DNA from: a plasmid
Length of the DNA stretch: 64,000 nucleotides
Sequence record: NZ_CP096708.1
Reading direction: 5' to 3' (one strand)
Of the stretch, positions 38,539-49,554 are shown one piece after another (the first letter of the stretch is position 1; each line of letters opens with the position of its first letter). The notes under the pieces were generated by a model, which ran no database searches, was not told the origin of the DNA, and saw only the letters and a list, made by a program, of their open reading frames with translations. The translations under genes were made by a program, and so were the position numbers.

Positions 38539-38769
38539 GTGAATAAGAAATTAAGCGTATTAATCCTATGTTGCGGATCCGCAACTGGAGTATTCGCAAA
38601 AGATGAAAAGAGTGCATCTCTGAATGAAGTTAATCCAATTACCCGTTATGTGAATGTTTGTCAGCAACCAGGGGGTAACGAAAAGAAGTTCGTTCTTTGT
38701 GACTCAAAAGATAAAAGCTGTGCACAACCTGAAGACCGCACAGTAAAGCATTTGGCAACAGCCAAATAA
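38539..38769 (+). CDS. Small secreted/lipoprotein (about 76 aa)
   Basis: GTG start after RBS AAGAGGAG. Signal peptide LILCCGSATGVFA, encoded in part by palindrome copy 9 (38570-38585). Confidence 0.4.
   Translation: MNKKLSVLILCCGSATGVFAKDEKSASLNEVNPITRYVNVCQQPGGNEKKFVLCDSKDKSCAQPEDRTVKHLATAK
38570..38585. repeat. 16-bp palindrome (copy 9), intragenic, frame C-C-G-S-A-T
   Basis: Exact. Confidence 0.9.
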
Positions 38770-38818
38770 TAGAGCCTACGGGCAAAATCAAAAAAACCTT
38801 AATAAGAGGAAAAAAACT

Positions 38819-39169
38819 ATGGAATTAACTGTTCCTAATCCAGTTCAAAAATTAAACGTTCTAGCTAAATACGAGCGTCCTTTATTAGTTGCATTTGTTG
38901 TTATGGCAGCAATGCTTCTTTGGATGGGGTTATCAACTGCTGGTACTGCAACAGGTGTTGGTTCGCAATTCGGTACTTGGGCAACAACTCTTGAGGGCTG
39001 GATTAAAGGCCCTTACGGGAAGATGACCATGTTATTCGCATTGCTTATTGCAATTGGTGCGTTTGCTTGGACTCGTGACTTGAAAGTAATTGTGATTCCT
39101 GTTGTTGGTGCAATTGCGATTGGTCTTGTCGTTTCTTTAATCACAGGATCATTCACAGCATTGATCTAA
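38819..39169 (+). CDS. traA: F-type propilin TraA-like (116 aa)
   Basis: Long leader followed by two hydrophobic segments. First gene of the T4SS block. Confidence 0.55.
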   Translation: MELTVPNPVQKLNVLAKYERPLLVAFVVMAAMLLWMGLSTAGTATGVGSQFGTWATTLEGWIKGPYGKMTMLFALLIAIGAFAWTRDLKVIVIPVVGAIAIGLVVSLITGSFTALI

Positions 39170-39186
39170 CGTTTTAAGGGGGGAGT

Positions 39187-39480
39187 ATGGCTTCAGGAAT
39201 TGAGTTATTACATTACGTACCGAGCAAAATTGATGCAAAGGGGAAATTCTTTGTTTGGGATCAAGATGTTGCTTTTGCAGCTTTTGCGATGTTCCTTACA
39301 GGGTTTTATTTTGGTCAAGCTATGCTTGGTGGGTTATTAGGCTTAGGCATTGCTTATTACTATAACAAAGCTAAAGCTGGCTTACATCCTGATTACATAC
39401 TCCACCTATCTTATTGGATAGGTAATTCACCAAAATTCAAAGAATTACCTGAATCACATAACCGTCATTTTTATGGTTGA
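39187..39480 (+). CDS. traL: TraL (VirB3-like, 97 aa)
   Basis: Size, TM segments and position in the F-like order. Confidence 0.6.
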   Translation: MASGIELLHYVPSKIDAKGKFFVWDQDVAFAAFAMFLTGFYFGQAMLGGLLGLGIAYYYNKAKAGLHPDYILHLSYWIGNSPKFKELPESHNRHFYG

Positions 39481-40064
39481 GATTTATGGATGCTGAAAGT
39501 GGTAATAAAACTATCAATTCAATGCAGGCAAGAAATAGATCACAAACAGTTGTGATCTTTTCTTTAGTGGGTGTGATTATTGGACTAATAATCGTTTTGG
39601 GTATAGCACTTACTAACAATAAAACAATCCTACAGTTCCCAGGTAAAGATTCTCAATCATTTATTGTAGGAAATACAACCGCAAACCAAGAATACTTTGT
39701 TAATGCTGCTGATTACTTCGTAAACAAGCTATACAACGTTACACCTATCAATGCTCGTAAAAACTTTGACTCAATTCTAGTAGCTACTGATCAAAGAACA
39801 TACCCACAAATTAAAAAAATGCTTAACGAAACTGAATCAAGAATTGTTAAGCAGGGCATTACAAGTGTGTGGTCGTCAAGTGGGGCTTTTACCTATCAGG
39901 AATCTGAAAAAACTGTAACGGTCGAGGGGATGTTAAAGACCTACCTTGCTGATCGCCTAGTTTCTGAAGAACCTAAAAAACTTAACATTAAATTCTCAAT
40001 GAATAAGGGAACTATTGCTCTTTATTCAATGGGTGAGGTGAGAGAAAATAATGGTACTCAATAA
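39477..40064 (+). CDS. traE: TraE (195 aa)
   Basis: N-terminal TM helix. Position after traL. Confidence 0.6.
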   Translation: MRFMDAESGNKTINSMQARNRSQTVVIFSLVGVIIGLIIVLGIALTNNKTILQFPGKDSQSFIVGNTTANQEYFVNAADYFVNKLYNVTPINARKNFDSILVATDQRTYPQIKKMLNETESRIVKQGITSVWSSSGAFTYQESEKTVTVEGMLKTYLADRLVSEEPKKLNIKFSMNKGTIALYSMGEVRENNGTQ

Positions 40065-40770
40065 ATTAGCTGTCTTTACAGCAAGCTTAATTATTTCAGC
40101 TTCTGCCTATTGTACTCAACATATTACTAAAGCTGATAAACAATCCGTATCCGTTGCAGTTTCAAATAAAGATCTCAATGTTTTATATGTTGATGGTCGG
40201 AAAATGGTTACAGCTACACCAAGCAATTCAAATGCTCTTGAATATCAAAAAGACAAAAATCAAGGTGCGCTCTATTTCAAAATTAACCCTGCATTTCAAA
40301 ACACAACGATACCAGTTTTCGTCACTGATGATTATGGAACTCGATACAAAATCGAGCTTCAACCTAAAAATATGCCTGGTGAAGATGTTGTGCTTGTACC
40401 ACCAGCAGAAAGCGAAACGAGTGTAGGGAAACGAAATCAGTCATATCAACAACAAATCAAAGAGTTGATTTATACAATGGGAGATGATGCGGATAGCCCA
40501 CGGGATGAGTTAGCAATAGACGGGATTTCAAGAAGTTATATTGGTGCAGATATACCACTATGGAAAGAAGCAAGTCTTAAGCTTTTAAGAAGATATGATG
40601 CTGATAGTGGCATGTATGGGGAACTATACCAAATTAAAAATATCTCTTATAAGCCTTTAAACATGCTTGAGCAGGAGTTTTATAGAAAAGGCGTAGCAGC
40701 AGTTTCAGTGGAAAACCTTACTTTGCAACCAGGAGCTACAACATTCTTATATGTAGTTCGAGAGCAGTAG
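40051..40770 (+). CDS. traK: TraK (VirB9-like, 239 aa)
   Basis: Signal peptide. Position in the F-like order. Confidence 0.6.
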   Translation: MVLNKLAVFTASLIISASAYCTQHITKADKQSVSVAVSNKDLNVLYVDGRKMVTATPSNSNALEYQKDKNQGALYFKINPAFQNTTIPVFVTDDYGTRYKIELQPKNMPGEDVVLVPPAESETSVGKRNQSYQQQIKELIYTMGDDADSPRDELAIDGISRSYIGADIPLWKEASLKLLRRYDADSGMYGELYQIKNISYKPLNMLEQEFYRKGVAAVSVENLTLQPGATTFLYVVREQ

Positions 40771-40779
40771 GAGATTGCC

Positions 40780-42102
40780 ATGACTGATTCTTTAGAAACA
40801 AACCCAAACGATCAAACAAAGAAAAAACAGTTTCGAATTATTATGGCTGTTCTTATGGTTGTCTTTGTTGGGATAGCAGCATTCTTATTTATGGGAGATG
40901 ATGCACCAAAACAAGAAACAACAATAGAAACAGGAAATGCTGCTGATGTTCCTATGCCTGGAGATTCTTCTGCCCAAGATGAATGGAGAATGACCGCAGC
41001 ACAAGATGCTGAGCAAACGAAGCAACAAGTAAATGATTTGAAAACTCTTGTAGAAGCACAAACGGCTCAGAATCAACAATTGCAAAACCAATTGAATGAA
41101 ACTAACCAAAAATTATCTGAAGTCGCTACAACTAAAGCTTCAAGAGTTGAAACACAGCCTACAAATACGACTCCACCAAGCATCGGCTCAAGTGGTTCAG
41201 CCAATTACCCTAACAAACAGGGGCTTCATGGTAACTCAATTTTATCAGATCCAAACGGAACTTCTGTAGACCCCTCTACTGGTCAAATCATTCCACTAGC
41301 AAATCAGAATATGAATGAGTCTTATAAATCATTCAATGTTATTGATTTTACTAAATCTGATGATGGTGAAGATGCAACTAGTGCTTCAACTGGAAATACT
41401 GCACCAACACAACCGAAAGGCTCTACGACATTTATTCCTGATGGTTCTTTCGTTCGAGTTGTCATGATCAATGGTGTTGATGCGCCTACTGGTGGGCAAG
41501 CCCAAAGCGACCCTATTCCAGTTGTATTCCAGACAGTTGGCAAAATTGACATGCCTAATAGCTACAAAATGAATATTAAGGGATGTCGCTTTGTTGGGTT
41601 GGCTTGGGGTGAACTTTCAAGTGAGCGTGTTAAAGCACGTATTGAAAGTGGTAACTGCATTATTAATGGACAGACCGTACAGATCGGAATTAAAGGGCAG
41701 ATCGTAGGAGAAGACGGTAAGACTGGCATCCGTGGTCGTGTAGTTAGTAAACAAGGGCAAATACTGGCTAAAGCGGCTCTAGCAAGTGCTATGGAAGCAG
41801 TAGGTGGTTTATATGGACAGACTGTTGGTACGTCAAGTCAATCAGCGTTAGGAACAGTACGAACAATTACAGGAAGTGAGTTAAAGCAAGCTGCTGTAGG
41901 CGGTGCAATTTCTGGTGGTGCTGAAAAACTTTCTGACTTCTATATGCAAAGAGCAAATGACATATTCCCGATTGTCGAGGTTGGAGCTGGCCGTACTTTA
42001 GAAATTATGGTGCAAAAGGGCGCTACGGTGGAAAACAAGTTTTTGATTTCCTCTAAAGCAAGTAATTCGGGCGCAAAAAAACGAATCTTAATGGATGACT
42101 AA
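40780..42102 (+). CDS. traB: TraB (VirB10-like, 440 aa)
   Basis: N-terminal TM helix, Q-rich coiled coil, conserved C-terminal domain. Confidence 0.7.
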   Translation: MTDSLETNPNDQTKKKQFRIIMAVLMVVFVGIAAFLFMGDDAPKQETTIETGNAADVPMPGDSSAQDEWRMTAAQDAEQTKQQVNDLKTLVEAQTAQNQQLQNQLNETNQKLSEVATTKASRVETQPTNTTPPSIGSSGSANYPNKQGLHGNSILSDPNGTSVDPSTGQIIPLANQNMNESYKSFNVIDFTKSDDGEDATSASTGNTAPTQPKGSTTFIPDGSFVRVVMINGVDAPTGGQAQSDPIPVVFQTVGKIDMPNSYKMNIKGCRFVGLAWGELSSERVKARIESGNCIINGQTVQIGIKGQIVGEDGKTGIRGRVVSKQGQILAKAALASAMEAVGGLYGQTVGTSSQSALGTVRTITGSELKQAAVGGAISGGAEKLSDFYMQRANDIFPIVEVGAGRTLEIMVQKGATVENKFLISSKASNSGAKKRILMDD

Positions 42103-42104
42103 TA

Positions 42105-42842
42105 ATGAATAAATTAAATCTATCTATCGGTATCTTATTAGCAATTGCAACATCACTAACTCATGCAACTAAGACTGATGATGTTAAAGCCAAAGTGTTA
42201 CAAAACTATCCAGCAACAACAGTATCTCAAGTAAACGAAACGCCACTGAAGAATATCTTTGAAGTCGTTATGGGTAAAAATGTTGCCTATACGGACGAAG
42301 AAGCAAGATATTTTATCTTTGGCAACTTGTTTGACATGAAGACACAGACTGATTTAACAACTACTCCTAGCAATAAAATTGAAATAGGGTTCCCATCTAA
42401 AGAACGTCTAAAAGATGCCGTCAAAACTGTTAAAGGGAATGGAAAAAGAAAATTAGCTGTTTTCAGTGATCCAGATTGCCCGTATTGCCAACAGCTTGAG
42501 CATAACCTGCAATCAATTACTGATGTAACAATTTACACGTTCCTTTTCCCTCTTGAGAGCTTACATCCGCGTGCTAAAGGAACTGCAATTTCAATATGGT
42601 GCGCTAAAGATCAATCAAAAGCCTATCACGAATACATGCTTAACAATAAGCAACCTCAAGTTAAGTCATGTGAAAACCCAATTGATCGCAATATTCAGTT
42701 TGGGGGAAGTATGGGAATTCAAGGCACACCTAGTGTGATCTTTGAAGATGGATCTCTCATCCCTGGCGCTATTAGTGCACCTGAATTAGAACGTCAATTG
42801 CAGGAAGCAAATAAGAAAGTAAATGGAGGGATAAGCAAATGA
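42105..42842 (+). CDS. dsbC: DsbC-like thiol:disulfide interchange protein (245 aa)
   Basis: Signal peptide. CPYC active site. Confidence 0.7.
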   Translation: MNKLNLSIGILLAIATSLTHATKTDDVKAKVLQNYPATTVSQVNETPLKNIFEVVMGKNVAYTDEEARYFIFGNLFDMKTQTDLTTTPSNKIEIGFPSKERLKDAVKTVKGNGKRKLAVFSDPDCPYCQQLEHNLQSITDVTIYTFLFPLESLHPRAKGTAISIWCAKDQSKAYHEYMLNNKQPQVKSCENPIDRNIQFGGSMGIQGTPSVIFEDGSLIPGAISAPELERQLQEANKKVNGGISK

Positions 42843-43471
42843 AAAAATCATTAACTCTTTCAGTTCTTATGTTATCTCTTAGCGGATGTGCAGTATTTAG
42901 TGGGGGTTTTGATGGCACTGGTGGGCAAAGCACATTCTCATGTAAAGCCCCTGATGGAGTCATGTGCGATAGCATGACTGGTGTCATGGCAAATCTAAAT
43001 GCTAATAACCTACCTTCACAGCAAGTTAAGCATAAGCAAAATAAACAAAACGTACCTACGCAAAATCAAGCTCGAACAAGGGCGACTCAAGAAAATGCAA
43101 TGCCTATTGCACCATATTCCCCAACTCCATTATTGCGTCAACCAAAAACATTGCGGGTTTGGGTAGCACCATACGAATCTTCAGATCGAACTTTATTTGA
43201 TCAGCAATATTTTTATATGGTTATTGATACTTGGAAATGGGGTATTGAGCATAATTCGAGACGTTTACAAGATGCTTATGCCCCTGTCGGTGCTCCAATC
43301 CTAAATTCCACAACTACAGTTGTTGCGGATCCGCAACATCAAGCGGTTGATAATGATGCTCCAATTCCAGTTTCAAATAGTAATACACCTACTAACGGTC
43401 AACTTACTAATGGCATCAATTCAGAGATCAAAGATCTTAATATTGATATTTCTAAATTTACTCGACAGTAA
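42839..43471 (+). CDS. traV: TraV lipoprotein (210 aa)
   Basis: Lipobox LSGC. Carries palindrome copy 10 (43323-43338; V-A-D-P-Q). Confidence 0.6.
   Translation: MKKSLTLSVLMLSLSGCAVFSGGFDGTGGQSTFSCKAPDGVMCDSMTGVMANLNANNLPSQQVKHKQNKQNVPTQNQARTRATQENAMPIAPYSPTPLLRQPKTLRVWVAPYESSDRTLFDQQYFYMVIDTWKWGIEHNSRRLQDAYAPVGAPILNSTTTVVADPQHQAVDNDAPIPVSNSNTPTNGQLTNGINSEIKDLNIDISKFTRQ
43323..43338. repeat. 16-bp palindrome (copy 10), intragenic
   Basis: Exact. Confidence 0.9.
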
Positions 43472-43487
43472 AGTGAGGATTTAGAAA

Positions 43488-46190
43488 ATGAATGCGAAAG
43501 TGAATTTCAAACAAATGGTTTTTAATTGGTGGCGTGTCAATGTACTTGGTGATGACCCTGATGGTAAAAGACCTACAAATGTAGATTTAGCAAATAAAAT
43601 TTTAGATTCATACGGTATGTATCAGATTTTTAAGCTAGATATGTATGATGTGAAAAAGCAACTGTACTATAACGAAGGTTCAGTTGGGTTCGCACTTGAG
43701 TTATTACCTCAAACAGGATCAGATGAAGATTTTGTTTCTAGATTAGTAAACATTGTATCTAACTTTCCTGCTGAAACTGGTATCCAATTACTTCATATTG
43801 GTACTCCTGTTTTAGATGATGACTTGCAAGCATATCTTGATATGCGTTCTAAATTGTTTATTGATAAGAAAGTAAATAATTTCGCAGTTGAATTTGCAAA
43901 AAATAGGATTAAGCATGTTCAATCTCGGAAAGGAAGACCGCAGTTTGGCCCTGATTCATATTATGTAATTAAACGACCGAAATTGGTTTTATCGGTAACT
44001 AGATCAGGCAACTATCAAGACAAAGCTCTTGTTTCACAAATGGAAAAAATGTGTAAAGCGGTTTCAAGCCAATTAACCCAGGCTAAACTACCTGCTCAAG
44101 TATTAACACCACGACTCCTATTAAAAATAATAAAGCCGTTGTTAGATCCAGAGGGTATGTTTAGGAACTTACCTGCTGAGCATGAATTTGCTGTACCTAA
44201 GTCTTATCCTACAGTTCAATACAATCCACTCGATAGTATAAAAACTCAGTTAACACCTTTAGGTCATGTTGCTGAAGTAAGAACACGTGAAATTGTTTTT
44301 GGGCCAAAAGAGCAGATCAATATTCAAGAAACATCCTCAAAAGTTGATAAACCTTTTTGGGAACAGGATGATGAAGATGAGAAAATTGTTGATAAAAGAA
44401 TTGCTTTTAGAGCCTTTGGTATAACTGGATATCCTAAGACAAAACAGCTATGGGAAATGAGCGATATTATTGGATTATTTAATGATAATTCTCAACAATA
44501 TCCTTGCCCATTCATTATTTGTACGGGTATTTACATCCTAGATAAGAACTCTTCAGAAACAACTGCAAGGGTAAAACATGCACGTGCGAAGCAGAACGCA
44601 GAATCAAAAATGGCTAAGTGGCAGCCTGAATATGCAGAAATTTTTAATGATTGGGATGCAATTGTTCACCACCTTCATAAAAACGGAGCGATGTGTGAGC
44701 TATACAATACTGTAGGTATTTTTGCACCTTTAAATGAATTGGATAACTACTCCCAAAATGTAATTAATATTTGGAAGTCTAACCAATTTAATATCATGAC
44801 CCTGAATCTCCTTCAGTTACCCCTTTATTATATTTCTATGCCGATGATCCTAAGCAAAAAAGCTAGGGATGATCTAAAAAAACTTCGCTATCTGAGCACT
44901 AAGACCACTATTAATGCTGTTGATATGATGCCTCTTATATCTGAGTGGCAAGGCTTTGGTCGTCCAGTCATTATGACTTTTGGTAGACGTGGAGTACCTT
45001 GTTTTTTTGACCTATTTTCTAACAAGGCTGGTAACTACAATTTTTATATCTGTGGTGTTTCAGGAGCAGGTAAATCGGTCTTCTCGTTAGAAATATTGGC
45101 AGCTTATAAGAGTCTCGGATATAAAATTTATATTCTTGATGTCGGTCGTTCATTTAAGAATTTCGTTGCATTGTCAAAAGGCCAAACTATCGACTTTGCC
45201 AAACGCGAACGAATTTGTATGAATCCTTTCTCTTGGCTTGAGGTAGTTGGGGAGGACGAAGATACAGAGGGTGATTTTACTTTAAATACATTCGCACAAG
45301 AAATGAAAATGCTTTTGCCAATGTATGCAAAGATGGCTTCTCCTGAAGCGCCACTTGATGCTTATGAAAAAGCTTTAATGTCAAAAGCAATCAAGCATAC
45401 ATGGGATGAGTTTGGTCAAAAAAATGGTGTTGATCAAATCTCTGATTACCTTAAAACCATTACTGATCACACTGGAAATATTGATCCTGTTGGTTGGCGT
45501 TTGGGAACTCAGCTTGAGAATTTCAAAACAACGGGAATGTATGGTGCATATTTCAATGGCGAAGCCAACATTGATCTGAACAACGATACTATTTACTTAG
45601 AACTTGAAGAACTAAAAGATTCTCCAGAACTCAAAACCGTAGTTTTGTTTGGTGTAACGAACCGCATCATGCGAGACATGTACTTATCAAGAAAACAAGG
45701 CAAAGTCATGTTTATTGATGAGGCCTGGCAATTACTTGATGATACTGCTGAAACTGCTGCATTTATTGAGGAGGGTTATCGTAGAGCACGTAAATACAAT
45801 GGTAGTTTTGGTATGGGAACTCAAGGTATTGACGATGCTTTTAAAAATGATGCGGCACGTGCAGCCTATAATTCAGCAGACTGGAAATTTTATCTACGTC
45901 AGGATTTAGAATCATTTGAAAAATTAATATCTGAGAAGAAGGCTAACTTCTCCGACAACATTGCACACCAAATTAGAAGTTTGGATACGCAAGGTGGGAT
46001 GTATTCGGAAATCATGGTTACTTCACCAAACGGCAAGCATATTGTACGTCATATCGCTGATCCATTTTCTCTTGCAATGGCATCTACTAATGCTGATGAC
46101 TATGTATATATCGAAGAATGTATTAACAAAGGTATGAGCACCGTAGAAGCGGTATATGCGCTTATGTCACTTAAAGAGGAAGCAGCATAA
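43488..46190 (+). CDS. traC: TraC (VirB4 ATPase, 900 aa)
   Basis: Walker A GVSGAGKS. Walker B region. Confidence 0.85.
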   Translation: MNAKVNFKQMVFNWWRVNVLGDDPDGKRPTNVDLANKILDSYGMYQIFKLDMYDVKKQLYYNEGSVGFALELLPQTGSDEDFVSRLVNIVSNFPAETGIQLLHIGTPVLDDDLQAYLDMRSKLFIDKKVNNFAVEFAKNRIKHVQSRKGRPQFGPDSYYVIKRPKLVLSVTRSGNYQDKALVSQMEKMCKAVSSQLTQAKLPAQVLTPRLLLKIIKPLLDPEGMFRNLPAEHEFAVPKSYPTVQYNPLDSIKTQLTPLGHVAEVRTREIVFGPKEQINIQETSSKVDKPFWEQDDEDEKIVDKRIAFRAFGITGYPKTKQLWEMSDIIGLFNDNSQQYPCPFIICTGIYILDKNSSETTARVKHARAKQNAESKMAKWQPEYAEIFNDWDAIVHHLHKNGAMCELYNTVGIFAPLNELDNYSQNVINIWKSNQFNIMTLNLLQLPLYYISMPMILSKKARDDLKKLRYLSTKTTINAVDMMPLISEWQGFGRPVIMTFGRRGVPCFFDLFSNKAGNYNFYICGVSGAGKSVFSLEILAAYKSLGYKIYILDVGRSFKNFVALSKGQTIDFAKRERICMNPFSWLEVVGEDEDTEGDFTLNTFAQEMKMLLPMYAKMASPEAPLDAYEKALMSKAIKHTWDEFGQKNGVDQISDYLKTITDHTGNIDPVGWRLGTQLENFKTTGMYGAYFNGEANIDLNNDTIYLELEELKDSPELKTVVLFGVTNRIMRDMYLSRKQGKVMFIDEAWQLLDDTAETAAFIEEGYRRARKYNGSFGMGTQGIDDAFKNDAARAAYNSADWKFYLRQDLESFEKLISEKKANFSDNIAHQIRSLDTQGGMYSEIMVTSPNGKHIVRHIADPFSLAMASTNADDYVYIEECINKGMSTVEAVYALMSLKEEAA

Positions 46191-46606
46191 TGGAAAATAA
46201 AGAACCAAAAACACGCAGCAACAGCATGATAGATAGACTTACATTTATTGCAAGTTCAGCACTAATTGCTTTGCTTGTTACAGCGCCACTTATTTTTTAT
46301 ATAGATTATCGTAAGGTCAAAATTGGAACAATTAACGTTCAAAGTTTGGTTGTAGAGCATGAACGGAACTTAACTAATTTACTTTACCAGGGAGTAAAAA
46401 ATACGGAAAGTGATCAAGTTGATTTGACGCAACAAACAAAAATTGCTGAGGTTGAGAATCAAAGATTTGCAAAGAAACTTGATATTGCAGTTAAAAAGGT
46501 TAGTGAAGAATGCAATTGTATTCTAATCAATAAAGCAGCTCTATTGGCTGATACAACTAGAGCAACTGATTATACCCAACAAGTTAAAAGTGCTTTGAAA
46601 GACTAA
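46190..46606 (+). CDS. Membrane-anchored T4SS-associated protein (138 aa; TrbI-like by position)
   Basis: N-terminal TM helix. Coupled to traC. Confidence 0.4.
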   Translation: MENKEPKTRSNSMIDRLTFIASSALIALLVTAPLIFYIDYRKVKIGTINVQSLVVEHERNLTNLLYQGVKNTESDQVDLTQQTKIAEVENQRFAKKLDIAVKKVSEECNCILINKAALLADTTRATDYTQQVKSALKD

Positions 46607-46668
46607 CCGTAGAACAAAAATAGTCTAAAACTTTATAGAAGCTGAAAAGCTTAAGGTGTGAATTTTAT

Positions 46669-47166
46669 ATGCGTGAAATTAAACGATTCCGAGCTACACG
46701 AGTCATTCTTGTGACCATGTTTGCCTTTCTATTACTCAGCCTTGCATTGTTCATCAGTACTAAATGGTACATCTATACGATCAATATGACGCAAAGTTTA
46801 AATGGCAGTATTTATGTCATCAAAAAAGGAGCACCAGTACAAAAAGGTGATTTGGTCGGTTTTAAATGGAATGGAAATATTAAATATCCTAAAGATGCCA
46901 TTTTTGTAAAAGTTGTTTCAGGTGTAGAAAACGATCACATCAAAGTTAATGGCCGTAGTGTATTTATCAATGATAAATACATTGGAAAAGCAAAAGAGTA
47001 TAGCTCTGATGGGAAAATCAAATTAGATGTAATTGAACCACACAAGATTGAGAAAGACGAAATATTCGTGAGCACACCACATAAGGACAGCTTGGATAGT
47101 CGTTATGCATTGGTAGGAACTATTAAAAAAGACATTATATTGGGGAAAGCTTATGAAATTTTCTAA
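46669..47166 (+). CDS. TrhF/TraF-type S26 signal-peptidase-like protein (165 aa)
   Basis: Hairpin-SD AGCTGAAAAGCTTAAGGTG (46640-46658). Placement dsbC-traC-trhF-traW-traU-traN as in SXT/IncH-like MPF-F sets. Confidence 0.5.
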   Translation: MREIKRFRATRVILVTMFAFLLLSLALFISTKWYIYTINMTQSLNGSIYVIKKGAPVQKGDLVGFKWNGNIKYPKDAIFVKVVSGVENDHIKVNGRSVFINDKYIGKAKEYSSDGKIKLDVIEPHKIEKDEIFVSTPHKDSLDSRYALVGTIKKDIILGKAYEIF

Positions 47167-47791
47167 AACCATTATCACTGCTTTATGTTGCGGATCCGCA
47201 ACACTTATTAGTGCAAAAGACTTAGGAACGCATGGAGCTGTCTACAAGATTCAGGAACCAGATGCCCTAGAACAGATCTACGATAAATTAAAGGCTATGG
47301 AGAAAACGGGAGCACTACAGAAAAAACAAAAGGAAGCTGTAGACCGTGCTTTAAATACTGCAAAAAATCCGAAGCCAGTTGAAAACATTCAAACAGCAAC
47401 AACTCGTAGAGTCCGTATGTTTGATCCAACAATGAGACTTTCTAATGACATTACTACTGATGAAGGCTTAGTGGTTGCGAGAGCAGGAACGAGCGTTAAC
47501 CCTCTTGATACTGTGACAATGACTAAGACTCTTGTTTTTTTTAAAGGCTCAGATCCTGAGCAAGTAGCCGCAGTAAAAAAACTAGTAGATGCATATAAAA
47601 ACCGTATTACACCTCTTTTAGTCGATGGTTCCTGGTACGACCTTACAAAATCATGGAAAAGACAAGTTTATTTTGATCAGCAAGGTTATATCAGCCGAAA
47701 ACTTCAAATAACGACAGTACCTGCAATTGTGCGTCAAAACGGAAAACTTCTAGAGATATCAGAAGTACCAGCTAAGGAGCTTAAGCCATGA
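47153..47791 (+). CDS. traW: TraW (212 aa)
   Basis: Signal peptide ITALCCGSATLISA, encoded by palindrome copy 11 (47187-47202). Confidence 0.65.
   Translation: MKFSKTIITALCCGSATLISAKDLGTHGAVYKIQEPDALEQIYDKLKAMEKTGALQKKQKEAVDRALNTAKNPKPVENIQTATTRRVRMFDPTMRLSNDITTDEGLVVARAGTSVNPLDTVTMTKTLVFFKGSDPEQVAAVKKLVDAYKNRITPLLVDGSWYDLTKSWKRQVYFDQQGYISRKLQITTVPAIVRQNGKLLEISEVPAKELKP
47187..47202. repeat. 16-bp palindrome (copy 11), intragenic
   Basis: Exact. Confidence 0.9.
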
Positions 47792-48831
47792 TCAGACATT
47801 TACTAGCTGTTTTACTTCTAGTGTTTACAAGTTTTGCATTTGCCGCAGAAGATAACAATTCAGAATCAAATCAAACTAATCTGCGTTGTCCTGGTGAATT
47901 TGCAAATCCTATTACGGATATATGCTGGAGTTGCATTTTTCCTATTTCAATGGGTGGTATGCCTTTGTGGACTGGTGGACAGGAAGATAACAGGAATCCA
48001 TCGCAATTATTTTGTAGCTGTGCAGTTCCTAGAATCTATTTAGGTATACAAACTGGATTCTGGGAGCCAGTAAGACGTGTTGATGTTACTCGGACGCCTT
48101 ACTGTATGGTGTCTTTGGGTACTCAATTAGATGTTGGCGTAACAGCGCCAGAAGGTGAAGTAAGACTCCATAGTGATAATGACCGCCATTCCTTTTATCA
48201 GGCACATTGGTATACCGATCCCATTATGATGTGGTTAGAAATCATATATGAACATCCATGCACAGAAACTGGTTACTTTGATATTGGATATATGACTGAA
48301 CTAGATCCAATGTGGAATGATGATGAATTGTCAGCCATTCTTTCACCTGAAGCAGCTCTCTTTACAAATCCTGTCACACAGGCTGCATGTGCAGGAGATT
48401 GTGTTATGGCTTCAGCAGGATTTGGTTCTAATGCTTTGTTTTGGTGTGCTGGATGTAACGGTTCTATTTACCCTCTAAATGGAAATGTTGGTGCTCATGT
48501 AAGTCATATTCAAGCATCCTCACTTATTGCACAACGATTAGCAGCAAAAATGCACCGTCAGTTTCTTACATGGGGTACTAATGGTGAAGCAGGCTTATGT
48601 GGTGTCTACCCACAACCAGTAATGGACAAAACTGCATATAAATATCAAATGCTATATCCAGTTCCACAAACAAAGAAAATCAATGGAAAGTGTTGTCAGC
48701 CTTTTGGACGGACGACAACCGTGTGGGGTGCAGGTAAATCATGGCCTGTCACGGGAGAGCATTTTTCTTATGAGCTATTTAGAAAGAAAAACTGCTGTCT
48801 AGGCCCTATTTCACCTTTTTATGTATATTGA
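47788..48831 (+). CDS. traU: TraU (347 aa)
   Basis: Signal peptide. Cys-rich. Position. Confidence 0.7.
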   Translation: MIRHLLAVLLLVFTSFAFAAEDNNSESNQTNLRCPGEFANPITDICWSCIFPISMGGMPLWTGGQEDNRNPSQLFCSCAVPRIYLGIQTGFWEPVRRVDVTRTPYCMVSLGTQLDVGVTAPEGEVRLHSDNDRHSFYQAHWYTDPIMMWLEIIYEHPCTETGYFDIGYMTELDPMWNDDELSAILSPEAALFTNPVTQAACAGDCVMASAGFGSNALFWCAGCNGSIYPLNGNVGAHVSHIQASSLIAQRLAAKMHRQFLTWGTNGEAGLCGVYPQPVMDKTAYKYQMLYPVPQTKKINGKCCQPFGRTTTVWGAGKSWPVTGEHFSYELFRKKNCCLGPISPFYVY

Positions 48832-49554
48832 TTGGAGCATATAACAATGAAAAAAATTCTGTTAGTTGGATTAATCTCTGTTTCTTTCAACGTATATAGT
48901 GCGGATTTTCCAAGTGACCAAGCTATTCAGCAAGAAATGCAAAAAGTGCAAAACCAAAAGTTTTCTCAACAAGATTGGGAAAAGGCTCAGCAAAAAGCTT
49001 TAGAGCAAATTGAGAAAACTAAGTCGGTAGAAGCACGGCCCAATAATTTTCCTAATGTCCAAGCAGTAAGACCAACAGGTATAGATATTGGCAATATTGC
49101 AGCAAGGTACAAACGTAAAGTTGAAACTAATAAAAGCATTGATGGTGTTGTAGCATTTGCAAGCTTATCTATGCCAAAAGAATCACTTAAAAAATTAGTA
49201 ATAGATGTATCAAATGTTGGAGGTGCAGTAGTCTTCAGAGGGTTTAAAGACGGGAATTATATGGAGATGGCAAAGGCTATCTCACAGATAGGAGTAAAGT
49301 CAGCCAATATACAAATAAACCCAACCGCTTTTAAACAATATAAAGTTGAAGCTGTGCCAGCAATTGTTTTGGTAAAACCTGGAGCTGGTGAAAGCCTTGA
49401 TGAAGAGGGCTGTGTTCTTCCTGAAAACCATACTAAAGTTACTGGTGATGTATCTTTATTGCATGCACTTGAACTAATCGAAAAAGAAGATAAATCTTTT
49501 AGCTCAATAGCTCAACGTTACCTTTCTTTTATAAGAGGAGGTAATTCAAAATGA
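48832..49554 (+). CDS. trbC: TrbC (240 aa)
   Basis: Signal peptide. Position. Confidence 0.6.
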   Translation: MEHITMKKILLVGLISVSFNVYSADFPSDQAIQQEMQKVQNQKFSQQDWEKAQQKALEQIEKTKSVEARPNNFPNVQAVRPTGIDIGNIAARYKRKVETNKSIDGVVAFASLSMPKESLKKLVIDVSNVGGAVVFRGFKDGNYMEMAKAISQIGVKSANIQINPTAFKQYKVEAVPAIVLVKPGAGESLDEEGCVLPENHTKVTGDVSLLHALELIEKEDKSFSSIAQRYLSFIRGGNSK